Notes under the pieces: model-generated
What the model saw: the letters and a program-made list of their open reading frames with translations, nothing else
Database searches by the model: none
Told to the model about the DNA's origin: nothing
Source: Azolla caroliniana
Taxonomy: Eukaryota; Plantae; Polypodiophyta
Assembly: GCA_043228905.1 (NCBI GenBank)
Contig: JBHGNT010000020.1
Location: forward strand, 4,836,001 to 4,900,000
Length of the DNA stretch: 64,000 bases
Direction of reading: 5' to 3'
Made by a program: the position numbers and the translations under genes
Shown: positions 37,032-48,881 of the stretch, one piece after another
How the letters are laid out: every line of letters begins with the position of its first letter
Position numbering within the stretch: the stretch's first letter is position 1

Positions 37032-38760
37032 GCTCCCGTGGTTTTCCCCTATTAGGGTTTTCCATGTAAACATCTTGTGTTCACTCTTTAGTTCCTATTT
37101 CTGTGTTCTCCATTCTCATCGAAGTGTTCAAGACTCGGTTGTGGCCGAGCAATATTCCACGCTATTTCTCGACAAACTAGTATCAAAGCGAACAACACAG
37201 GAAATGGAAGAATCGTTCGGCAGCATGTTCAAGCTCACTGGCTCCAACTACTCAGTGTGGAAGTCAAATATGAGGGACATGATCGTGGTCAAAGATGTTT
37301 GGTTGCCAGTTCAGTTTGGGGACAAGAGACCGAACAAGATCGACGCCACAGTGTGGGAGGTAATGCACATGAAGACGACAACATACATCCAGTGCATCGA
37401 CAGGAGCCTGTACAACAACTTCAATGAAGACAACAAACCTCATGAGCTCTGGGAGAAGATCGGCATTATGTTTCAGAACAAAAATGTTGTTAATCGGCTT
37501 TCGGTATTCCAGAAGCTAGTAAGACTCTGGTACCAAGATGGCTCCAGTATGGCGGAGCACATGAATGCTTTCTAGGGACTGATACATCAAGAAACCTCAT
37601 TGGAAGTACCTCTCGCCGATAAGGTACTTGCTCTACTCCTGCTCGGTTCCCTCCCGGATAGCTGGGAGACGTTAGTTGTCACGTTGGGCAACGCCAGGCC
37701 AGAAGTAAAACAGCTATCCCTAGCAAGATGAGGAGGCGTGTTGGAAAGACAAGGAGGTGATCTCTGACGCCAAAGCCCTCCTTACGGAATCGGAACGCAG
37801 AAGACAAAGAAATTGGAGTCCCCAGAACTAGGAAAAGTTGGGGACACAGTCAAAATCAAGGGGGAGGCCCACTTGCTTCTATTGCGGCAAGCCGGGGCAC
37901 TTCCAGAAGAACTATCGGCATTTCCGGAAAGACAAGGGAACCGACAATACCGATTCGAAGAAGTCACTAGACCAAAACGGTTCGGATCGGCGAGGCCCGG
38001 ACCGGAAGGGAACGACGGCGATCACGGCAAGTGAAGAAGAACTAATGCTCATCACTGAGGAGAGTGAGTTGAACCTTGTCGGCGACGAGACAACGTGGGT
38101 TGTCGATTCCGGAGCGTCATTCCACCTTACCCCAAACCGGAAATGCTTCTCATCCTACACAGTCGGTGATCATGGTTGTGTCCGGATGGGGAATGAAGGC
38201 ACATGTCAAATTATCGGCATAGGAGATGTGTTGTTGGCGACATCAACCAGATGCAAATTGCTGTTGAAGGATGTCTGACACGTTCTGGAGGTTCGACTGA
38301 ACCTGATATCAGTCAGCCGGCTAGATGATGAAGGCTACACGGGTGGCATTTGAAACGGTGTTATGAAGTTCAGCAAGGGAAGCTTGATAGTGGCTCAAGC
38401 TCGGAAGATCAACACATTGTACTGGATGAATGCCTGGATATGCCAGGAAGAAGTGAATGTAGCATCTGACACTGCCGATGAGTTGTGGCACAAGATTGTG
38501 TCACATGAGTGAGAAGGGGATGATGAGGCTTGCCGAAGACAACCTCATTCCGGTGAAGGACGTGCAACTTGAGAAGTGCACCGATTGCTTGGCCGGAAAG
38601 CAAAATTGAACCTCCCTCCGGTCAAGACCATCGATGAGACGGAATGCACCATTGGAGCTGGTGCATACCAATGTGTGTCAAGTGGACACGAAGTCACATG
38701 CCGGATCGTAGTACTTCGTGACATTCATAGATGACCATAGCCGGAAGTTATGGGTCTCAC

Positions 38761-39131
38761 TGTTGGCCGGTCAGACAAGGCAAATGGGAAAGCAAGGTCG
38801 GATCGGATAAATATAGAAATAGGAATAGAATTATTAGGAGGGACGGATCCGGTAGTTGTAACCGATCTGGATCCGAACCGATTCGGTTTCGGTTAACGGT
38901 TGCCTACCGAGCACCGATTGTAATCTGGCCGGATGCCTATAAAAGGATCCGATGTTTTGTAATGAAAGGGCGAAGAATTAATATAGTTTTGCTTATATTG
39001 ATTAATCTTGTCTTCGTCTGTGCTTAAGTGTAATTATCATACGCGTGTATTAACATCCTATCCCTACCACCCCTTTGGAGAAGTGTCGGATAGACACCTG
39101 TGTTGAGGCTAGTCCAGCCATACATACAACA
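38761..39131 (+). repeat. 5' LTR of B2
   Basis: TGTTGG...CAACA; direct repeat of 48511-48881. Confidence 0.97.
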
Positions 39132-39183
39132 CTATTTTGGCGACCACGATTCCTGCAGAGTGCAGAGGACAACCGGGGGATGG

Positions 39184-42100
39184 ATGTCTAGACAAAATAA
39201 CGACCACATCACCGAAAGAGGGAGACGCCACGCTGAACGGCAGCGACGATGGGAAGCCCTGCAGCAAGCCGTCGACGAGATCCGGCGCGATCGGTCATTC
39301 TCAAAAACGCTTCGGCAAATCGCAGAAGACGCACTGCAGTTCCAGGTTCTACAAGCTTCCGACGAAGGCAGTAGCATAACCAGCCTCCAAGAAGCGGAGA
39401 CACTACTACAGACTCTCGCTGGCGGCGACGGGGACGCAGCGGCATTTGCAACATTAGAGGCGGATTCGGATAGCGGGGAAAGCGTGAGATCCCGCTATAA
39501 AAGCAGCCACGAGAACAACCCCTTTGAGTCGGATCACTCAGCAACATCGGAGCCAGAGGAGGAAATAACTCTGGAGTTCGGTGATCGGCAATCGCCGAGG
39601 AGGGAGGAGCGGTTATCAACACCACCCGCGGAGGAACCGCAGGAGCGGTTATCAACACCACCCGCGGAGGAACCGCAGGAGCGGATACCAACACCACCTG
39701 CGGAGGAACCGCAGGAGCGGAGACCGACATCGGAGGAACCAGCGCAGGAGAATCAGTGGGACGACACGATGCCGTATCCGTACCCAAAGTATCGGGATGA
39801 GCCCGACGGAGAGGCACATGTGTATGCATTCCTGCGAACATGGGAAGCCAACCACGTGTCCCAGAGACTGACGGAGCCCGAGGCCGACCGATCCAAAGTC
39901 GCCGAATTCGGCATGACATTAGAAGGACCGGCGGCCCGGTGGCACGGCAAGCACTTACCAGGCAGCTTCGCCACGTTCGAGGCATTGAAAACCCAGTTTT
40001 TACGCTTGTTTCATAGACGAGTGGAACAAAGGGAATTGGTCGGACAATTCTACACCACTCGGCAGGGAGAAAACGAGACGGTCCCACAATTTATCATTCG
40101 TTTCCAGACCTTGCACAGTCAATTAGCAAGAGCACCACCCGAAGAGGAGGCCAAGGCAGTCTTTTTGGCTGCGTTAAAAGACCCACTTCGAGCGATGTGT
40201 GGAATCCTCGATTTCAGCACCAGCACAATGGACCAAGTCATTGATCGGGTCCTGGAAATGGACAACACGAGCTCCTTCTTGCCGATGGGGGCGTTACACC
40301 AGGCGCTTCCGAAGGAGGAGGACCTCCGGTTCCGACAAGCCCTACAATGCACAACATGCCTAAATTCGGGGCACTCGACTGTTGACTGCACCCTGCGCGC
40401 ACAGTGCATGATATGCAATTCTCGCGCCCACACAACGAACCAATGCGAGTATAACCTGTTAACTCGACAAGCGCCACCGGTCCGACACATAGAACCGCGC
40501 AATCGGGACCCGGAAGAGGATCGATTCCGGAGGGACGACCGCTACCGACGAGAACGCGGCGACAGATACCCCGATAGAAGACCCGACAGCTACGACCGAG
40601 AGGAGAACCGAAGGGATAGCTACCCCCGGGACCGGTACGACCGAGAGGAGAACCGAAGGGATAGCTACCCCCGGGACCGGTACGACCGAGACGAATCCCC
40701 GGAATACGAGCGACGCAGAGAAGAAAGGCGGCCAGGGAACCGGAATTTCCGACGGAACCAAAGGCGTGGATTCTTCCGTAGAGAGGAGCGTCGGGAGGCA
40801 ACAAGGAATGACAAACCAGTAGCGGCACCGGAGAACCGAAAAACCGAGGACAACCGCCGGGGAATGCCCCTCCCCCAAACATGGGAAAAAGGAGAATCCA
40901 GCAACACGCACAGGGTGTACTGTTATTACTGCCGAAAAGAAGGGCATTACAGTAATCAATGCCCAAGCAAAACAGCCGACAAGCAGCCAGCAGTCAACAT
41001 GGTGACAGCCGAAGTACAGCAGGTTACCACGCGGTCGAAGGGGAAGGCCGCCGAATGGGAAGCCCAGGAAGCAATCAGAAAACAAGCGGCACAATGGATC
41101 AAAGAAGCCAACGAACAAGGTGCGGCGGAAGTAAGAAACCAAAATATGCCAAGGGAGGAGGAAATCGTACAACCAGGAGAAAACCCGACATGGCAAGCAC
41201 TACAAGATTGTCAGATCGTGCTGCCGTTGGCACGGTTACTACAGTTGGTGCCGCGGTTTACAGCAGACTTACAAGCCGCCGTGAGCAAACCGACGCCGAC
41301 GCCGGCACCGACATTTTTCTCCAACCCGGAGGAAGGCCCAGCGGTGGTTGATACCAGTAGCCCAGCAATCACGACAATCGTCAAAGGAAAGGAGATTCCA
41401 GGAACAATTATTGACGGAGGCTCCGGGGTGAACGTCATTAGTCGACAGACATGCGACGACCTAGGCATCCAGGAGTGGGAACCATGCCCCTTCTGGTTAC
41501 GCATGGCGGATACAAGCTCAGTCCGACCAACTGGTCTTATCCGGGACTTGGAAGTAACAATAGGAGGCCACGTATTCCGAATATCGGCCGTGGTACTAGA
41601 GCTGAATGTACAAGGCGCATATCCCCTACTGTTAGGACGACCATGGCTGCGAACGGCGCATATCAAGCAAAACTGGCAAAAGAATATGATCAGGTTCCGA
41701 CGAGGGAAAACAAAGGTACGGGTAGCCACGCAACCACGGGTGCTCACTAGCAAGGAGGCAACCCCTTTATATGCCGAAAGCATCAACATGTTGGAGGGCT
41801 TACCGGATGAGGAAGTTGATCGGTACCTCGAGGAACACCCACAGATCGTCCCACTTTTTGAGGTGGATATCACGGCAGCAGTAGAGCCGTACATCACAAT
41901 GCCGGACGAGCCGGACAAAGTGGCGATCCGGGAACTACGCCAAGCACAGGAAGCCCTAGAAAGAGAAATGACGATATCCCAAAGGGTGAAAGCATCTCAG
42001 CTGGAAGAGGTGGACCTCGGCACAACAGAACAACCCCGACCGGTAAAAGTCGCGAAGGAATTGCCGAAGGAGGAAAAACAGGCAATGGTAGCACTGTTAA

Positions 42101-44976
42101 CGGATTTCAAGGACGTGTTCGCATGGTCATACGAAGACATGCGAGGGTTGGACCCCCAGCTCTACCAGCACCAAATTCATCTAAGTACTGACGCGAAACC
42201 CATCGCTCAACGTCGGTACCGGATGAATCCAAACTATGCGGCAAAGGTGAAGGAGGAAATTGACAAGCTTCTCCGGGTCGGATTTATCCGACCAGTCAAG
42301 CAGGCAACCTGGCTAAGCCCGATAGTGGTGGTCCCGAAAAAGAACGGCAAAATCCGGGTATGTGTGGACTACAGGAAACTAAATGCCGCGACAGTAACCG
42401 ACGCTTTTCCACTACCATTCACGGACGGAGTGCTAGATGCGGTGGCCGGCCACGAAGTTTACAGCTTCCTGGACGGATTCAGCGGCTACAACCAAATCCG
42501 AATGAACCCGGCTGACCAAGAGAAAACAGCGTTCGTGACGGAATGGGGAGTGTTCGTCGCGGTCGTGATGATGTTCGGATTAAAGACAGCCCCTGCAACA
42601 TTTCAAAGGATAATTATGGAAATCTTCGGTGATTTTATTCCCGGTTTTATGCAGGTCTTCCTAGACGATTTCGCCGTCTACAGCCGACACGGAGAGCATC
42701 TCGATCACCTACGACTATGCTTAGAAAAGTGCCGCGAGTACCGATTAAGTCTGAACCCGGCTAAGTGCGTCTTTGGAGTCGCAAGCGGCAATTTGTTAGG
42801 CCACGTGGTGAGTCAAGAAGGAATCGCGGTAGATCCGGATAAGGTAAAAGCAATTCTCGACGCACCGGCACCGAATAGCGCAAAAGCTTTAAGCCGATTC
42901 GTTGGTCAAATAAGGTGGCATAGTCGGATGATACGGCACCTTGCCGACTTTGCGACACCATTGCACGCTGCTGTACATAGAGTACCTTTCCAATGGACAG
43001 AAACGGAGGAGGCAGCCTACCAAGCGTTGAAGGTCATGCTGTCACAAGCTCCGGTGGTGCAGCCGCCGGACTGGAGTAAAAGCTTTCACGTCTTCGTCGA
43101 CGCGTCGGACGTAGCAATCGGCAGCGTTTTGATGCAACTCACGGAACCGAAATGGTATCGGCCGGTGTACTACGCAAGCAGGAAACTCTCGAAAGCCGAA
43201 CGGAACTACTCTACAACGGAACGAGAGGCATTAGGAATGGTGTACAGCGTCACAAAGTACAGGCACTATCTGCTCGGACGAAAGTTCTCCTTCCACGTTG
43301 ACCACTCGGCACTACTCTACCTGGTGTCAAAGGCAGCCCTGACAGGAAAACTCGCACGGTGGACGCTGCTATTACAGGAATTCGAATTCGACATTTTCCA
43401 CCGACCCGGGGTGCAGCATGCGGTAGCAGACTACCTGAGCAGGCTAGAATCCGGAGAATCAGGGGACGGCGTACAGGATGAATTTCCCGACGCCGAGCTG
43501 TTTAAGGTCACGACGGCACCGGCAACGGAGACCACAGTAGCGGACGAAGACAAATGGTTAACCGAAATGCATCAGTTCCTGAGCACCGGAGTTCCCCCGG
43601 AAAACCTGGACCGAGACGAACGGAAAAGGATGGCAGTACGGAGCAGACATTTCTGCTTGGTAGGAGACACCCTCTATCACAAGGGGGCAGATGGCGTATG
43701 GAGGCGAGCAGTGCGGAGCGATGAAAAGGATCTGATCCTGAGGGAAGCCCACTGTGGAATTGCAGGCGGGCATTATGCCGGCGAAACAACAGCCCGGAAG
43801 ATATGGCAGAGCGGACTATGGTGGCCTACTACCATGAGAGATGCCGTTAAGTATAGCAGGGAATGCGACCTGTGTCAACGACTGGGCCAACCCACGGAGC
43901 AGGCCCGGATGCCACATCACCCGGTCTTGCCATTAGAACCATTTCAAAAGTGGGGCTTGGACTTTGTCGGCCCCTTTAAGCCACCGGCAATGCGGACCGG
44001 AAATCGGTATATAATAGTGGCTACCGACTACTGCACCAAATGGGTAGAAGCAAAGGCACTACGGGACAACACGGCGGTGTCCACGGCCAAATTTTTATAT
44101 GAATGCATATGGTGTCGGTACGGATGCCCGATTGAGCTGATCAGTGACCAGGGAGGACATTTCCTCGGGCAGGTGGTGGAAAGTTTGACATCATTCTATG
44201 CGGTAGTACACAAACGAAGCACTCCCTACTACCCTCAAGCCAACGGATTAGCGGAATCAACAAACAAAACGCTACAGAACATCCTTAGAAAAATCGTCAA
44301 TGAGAACCGGACCGACTGGGACACGAAGTTGCAGAGCGTGCTGTGGGCGTACCGAACGGCGTACAAGACCAGCATCTGGACGACCCCGTTCCGACTGGCA
44401 TTCGGCTTGGAAGCAGTCATGCCAGTAGAATTCCAAATTCCTAGCTTAAGAATACAGGTTAAGGAGCGGTTAAGCGAGAAGGAATCCGAACGAATCCGGC
44501 TGAAGATGCTGTTAGAACTGGAAGAAAATCGAATAGCCAGCCTGCTACAGCTAGAACTAGAGCAAAGGAGGAGGAAAGCCTTTGTAGACCGACACCGGCG
44601 CGGTAACGAAAAGGAATTCGAGGTCGGGAAACCTGTATTACTGTTCCAGACAAGGATGGGGAGCATGCCAGGGAAATTGCGATTTCGGTGGACCGGACCA
44701 TTCTGGATCACAAAGGAGTACAATGGGTCTTACCAGCTCGGGACGTTGTCAGGAGAAGTTGTGGGCAAATGGGCAAATGGTTTTCGCCTAAAACCGTATA
44801 AGGGGCACATGCCAGCTAACCCCTTCAAGCAAGAACCGGACATCCTGAATGGCGAGGAACCGACACAGATACGGAGGACCGAGGAGCCGACACCGACGCG
44901 TAACAACGAGGAACCGACAACAGGGCGCACCAACCCGAACACATCGGGGGGGAACCGAACAATGATGCGGCATATG

Positions 44977-45012
<36 letters not shown>

Positions 45013-45120
45013 ATGACGTGGTGCTACGGTCAAGAAAATTCAAGACAAGAAGATCAAGAAAATCATGGTAATGATGAAGGAGGTAGTTACAACCGTCACA
45101 CGGGTGCACGAGCTATTTAA
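39184..45120 (+). CDS. gag-pol: Gag-Pol polyprotein (gag, CCHC knuckle, protease, RT, RNase H, integrase) in one open frame
   Basis: Motifs CYYCRKEGHYSNQC, IIDGGSGVN, FLDGFSGYNQI, VFLDDF, VDASD, HCGIAGGH...CDLCQR, WGLDF and WTGPF. No chromodomain. First ATG at 39184. Confidence 0.95.
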
Positions 45121-45298
45121 AGCACAGAACGTGGGGGGCCGATGTACAGGATTTAAAACGCGCGTCAATTAAGGAGTCATAATGACAGACACGTAGGAGA
45201 TTCGACACACGCGGCAAAGAAGCGCAAGCATGACACGCGGCAGCAAAGGACAGACATACTATTCATGACACAGCATGCGCAGGCGCCAAAAATAGGAC

Positions 45299-48200
45299 AT
45301 GCTATTCAAGGCAGAACACGTGCAGCCGTCAAAATTAAAGAGTGACATGCTAATTATGGCAGGGCACGCGCGAAAAACAGGAAAAGGCGGCTCGAGGGAA
45401 ACGCCACTATATAAAGGAAGAACCGGAGAAGGGTTCACTTTTTACGAATTTTCCCACAAGCAAACGCAGGCTCAAGACAGCAAGATCCGACGCGCAGAAC
45501 ACCTACACCCCGACCTCAGACCACAGGCAGCAGCAGACGAAGAAGAAGCGATGGCACTGTCGGACGGAGCGCGACAATGGCTGACGGAGAACGGATTAGG
45601 AGGGCTGCTGCGGGTCGCTGACGCTCCACCACACAAGGATCCAGAGCAGGCGGCAACAGCGGTGGACTTAGCAGAGGTCACTGAAGGAGCGGTACAAGCG
45701 CTCACAGGGATTTCGGAGGGAGGACTTCAGACGATAGAGCTACCCTCGAGCCAAATATTCTTCGAGTATTTCGGCGAATACTCCCTTAGCAGCAAGGCGT
45801 ATCGCACACAGGGCGGAGAGAACCTGCTGTTCGGAGAGGTGGCCCGCGCCCTGATGGAGTACGGGTTCGTGAACCCTCGTCCGGCAGCCATAGCCAAATA
45901 CCGAGCAGCGATCGTCATCGCGACATTCGAAGGCCTGCAGGGGGACTGGCTCCATTTCATCACCGAAGGACTGAAAGAGGCGATCAAGCACTTAGTGGAA
46001 GGGAAGAAGCCATGGGCCGGAATATCCCAATGGTTAACAGTGTTGGTCCCACCGGTGTCCCCCATCAAGCACAAGCAAAGAAGTCGGCAGGAGACTACCC
46101 CGAAGCAAACCATGAAGCGCCGACGAATCCTAGAGAAACACACTCCAGGATGGACACAGGAAGAAGAAGCGCCGCGGGAAGAAGGATCATCCCGACAGCC
46201 GCGGAAAGAAGGCTCATCTCGACAACCGCGGGAAGAAGACTCATCCCGACAGCATAGGGAGGAAGGCCCATCATGGCAGCCACAGAAACAGCAACAACAA
46301 CCGACAACGAAGAAGAAAAAGGCGGAAAAAGGCAAGGAGAAGCTGGCAAAGAAGACCAGCAAGAGGCAAACCGACACCGAACCAGTAACGCTCGAATCGG
46401 AACCGGTACCAGTAAAGGAACCAATAGTGGCACCGACGGAGGACGCTGAAACAGAGGAAGACTCATCCGAACCGATGTTAATACTACCACCCAGGCAAGG
46501 AAAGGAGAAACGAGCGACAAGACCGACCCCAACAGCGGACGGAACTCAGCAAAGGGCAAAAGAACCGCCTCCAGTAACCGGAACAGAAGCGACACAGGAT
46601 GAAGGTCCGTCTGCACCAAAGACGGCAGTACCGGAACCGACGGCGGCGGAGTTCGAAGAACAAAGAAAGGAACAAGCGCCGGAACAAGAGAAGAGGCCGG
46701 AGAAACAGCCGGAAAAACAGTCGGAGCTAGGCACGCCTGCTGACACCAACGAAGGCAGAACAAAGGCACAATGGCTAAGGTGGTTGTCAGGGCAGTTGTC
46801 GGGAGTAGCAGACCAGATGGAGAAAGAGGAGGAGCAAAGAGAAGAAGTGACTAGGACGATGACTAAGGATATGGTCAGGCTCCGGGCACAATTACATGAG
46901 CTGCAAGAAGAGCTAGCACAGGCAAAAGAAGGCAGCCGACAAGCACAAGATGGCACCGAGCCGGTCGGGACATCAGAAAAGCAAGCCGAACCAGAAACGG
47001 AGAGGGCCTTGCAAACTGGCCCTGAGACCGAGAAGTTAATAGCAACTTTGAAAGAAGAATTACAGGCTCAGGAGGCATTGAGAGATAACGAAAGAGAACA
47101 GCGGAAGTTGGTAGAAGACGACAAACGGCGAATGGAGGAAGGCCTTCGCCGAAGCAAAGCCACCAATGACCGACTACAAGAAGAAAACGGGACACTGCAA
47201 AAGGAAAAAGATAGGCTGCGCCGACGAATGGAGCAGGAAATTGAGCGGTTGCGAGAGGAACTCCGACAACAAAAGGACCGGGATGATCAGTTGCGAGCTC
47301 AGGCGAACCGACGCCTAAAACAGAAGACGGAGGAATTCGACAGACTATGTAAGGATTATAAACAGGCCACGTCGGACATCAAGAGTCAGGCAGCAACGTA
47401 CGACCGACAGATAGAGAAGCTGAAAGAGCAGCTCAAGGAAAACCGCTTGGAATTGTCCAAAGCGAGGGAGGAAGTATCGGCGGAGAAGACCTTGACGTCG
47501 GAACAAAGAAAGGAGATGGAAGTACTTCGGCAGAAAGTAGGGGAACTGACAAAGAGCCGGAACGAGGAAAAAGTGAAGTCGACTTTCGAAATCAACAAAT
47601 GGCGGAGTACCTGTGACAAGCAAAAAGCCGACTCTGAAGCTCAAGCTCAGTTAATGGCCGACATCATCAAACGGATAAGGAAGGAAAAACAAGCAGCTTC
47701 GGAACAGGCTAAAGCAGGGGTTGGCCGAATTAAGTTCATCATGTCAAGTTGGAGTACCCGAGCTCAGGCCAGCATAAATGAAAGCACGGAGAAGCTCTGG
47801 AGGGAATGGGCACAACAGGCAGCTGAACTGCAGATACTCCGAGCTGATGCAGAAAATCGGAAGAAAAACGGAGATGGGTTCTATAAAATGGACGAAGAAA
47901 GTATCGTCAACATCCGGGAAGAACTGTCGGAGGATTTCTATGCTCTAGCAGAAGAGCATCTCAAGGAAATCCGAGGGTTAGTAGAGAGGTTGGATGACGG
48001 ATAGCTCGAAACCCAACTAGAATTGGAAGGGTACGAGAAGGACCGACTGCGACAGGAAGCCGAGGGACACACAACGCCGATCTCCATTAGTGAGGGCGAG
48101 CGACCGGCTGAAGAGGACCCAACCAACAATGCACCCCGACAAGAAGTACCCGAGGAAGAACTTCCGGAGCAAGAGCAGGTTGATGCCGGGGATGATGCAG

Positions 48201-48460
48201 AGTGGAGACAGAGAAGTACCGAATCCGGGGAGGAAAGGACACAACCAGTGGAAACCGGAGAAAGCGATACCGGGAACGGAACGGAGGTAGAGCAGGACAG
48301 ACCCGGACAGGATACAGAAGAAACACTGGTACTACCGGTAGAAGCAGAGTCGGAGCAGCAAGATGCGAAAAGGCAGCCAATCCAATCGGAAGTCGGAGAC
48401 GGCACAACAACACTTGAAACCTCTGAGCGGAGTTTGCTGGATAATTTGGAGGAAGACTGA
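45299..48460 (+). CDS. ORF2: globular N-terminal domain, disordered linker, long coiled coil and acidic tail; one in-frame TAG at 48002
   Basis: A 901-aa ORF continues in the same frame to 48460. B1 has CAG at the position of the TAG. Confidence 0.8.
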
Positions 48461-48467
48461 AGCCGGC

Positions 48468-48508
48468 TGTGGGTTCGAAGTGCAATGCACTTTCCCACGG
48501 GCGTGCCA
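48468..48508 (+). other. tRNA-3'-half-like motif in place of the PPT (B2)
   Basis: TGTGGGTTCG-AAGTGCAATGCACTT-TCCCACGGGCGTGCCA, then TG, then the LTR. Confidence 0.85.
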
Positions 48509-48510
48509 TG

Positions 48511-48881
48511 TGTTGGCCGGTCAGACAAGGCAAATGGGAAAGCAAGGTCGGATCGGATAAATATAGAAATAGGAATAGAATTATTAGGAGGGACGGATCC
48601 GGTAGTTGTAACCGATCTGGATCCGAACCGATTCGGTTTCGGTTAACGGTTGCCTACCGAGCACCGATTGTAATCTGGCCGGATGCCTATAAAAGGATCC
48701 GATGTTTTGTAATGAAAGGGCGAAGAATTAATATAGTTTTGCTTATACTGATTAATCTTGTCTTCGTCTGTGCTTAAGTGTAATTATCATACGCGTGTAT
48801 TAACATCCTATCCCTACCACCCCTTTGGAGAAGTGTCGGATAGACACCTGTGTTGAGGCTAGTCCAGCCATACATACAACA
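48511..48881 (+). repeat. 3' LTR of B2
   Basis: Direct repeat of the 5' LTR, followed by TSD CTCAC. Confidence 0.97.

Larger units (their letters stand above)
38761..48881 (+). mobile_element. Very young non-chromovirus Ty3/Gypsy element B2 with extra ORF2; TSD CTCAC
   Basis: 371-bp LTRs (38761-39131 and 48511-48881) in which I found one difference. CTCAC on both sides. PBS TGGCGACCAC at 39138. Confidence 0.97.

Noticed and set aside
44830-45120. Chromodomain or other domain after the B2 integrase
   Set aside because: The tail is low-complexity, runs through a poly(A) tract and is not conserved in B1.
39209-48545. Long antisense ORFs over B1/B2 gag and ORF2
   Set aside because: They are shadow frames of purine-rich coding sequence with no motifs.
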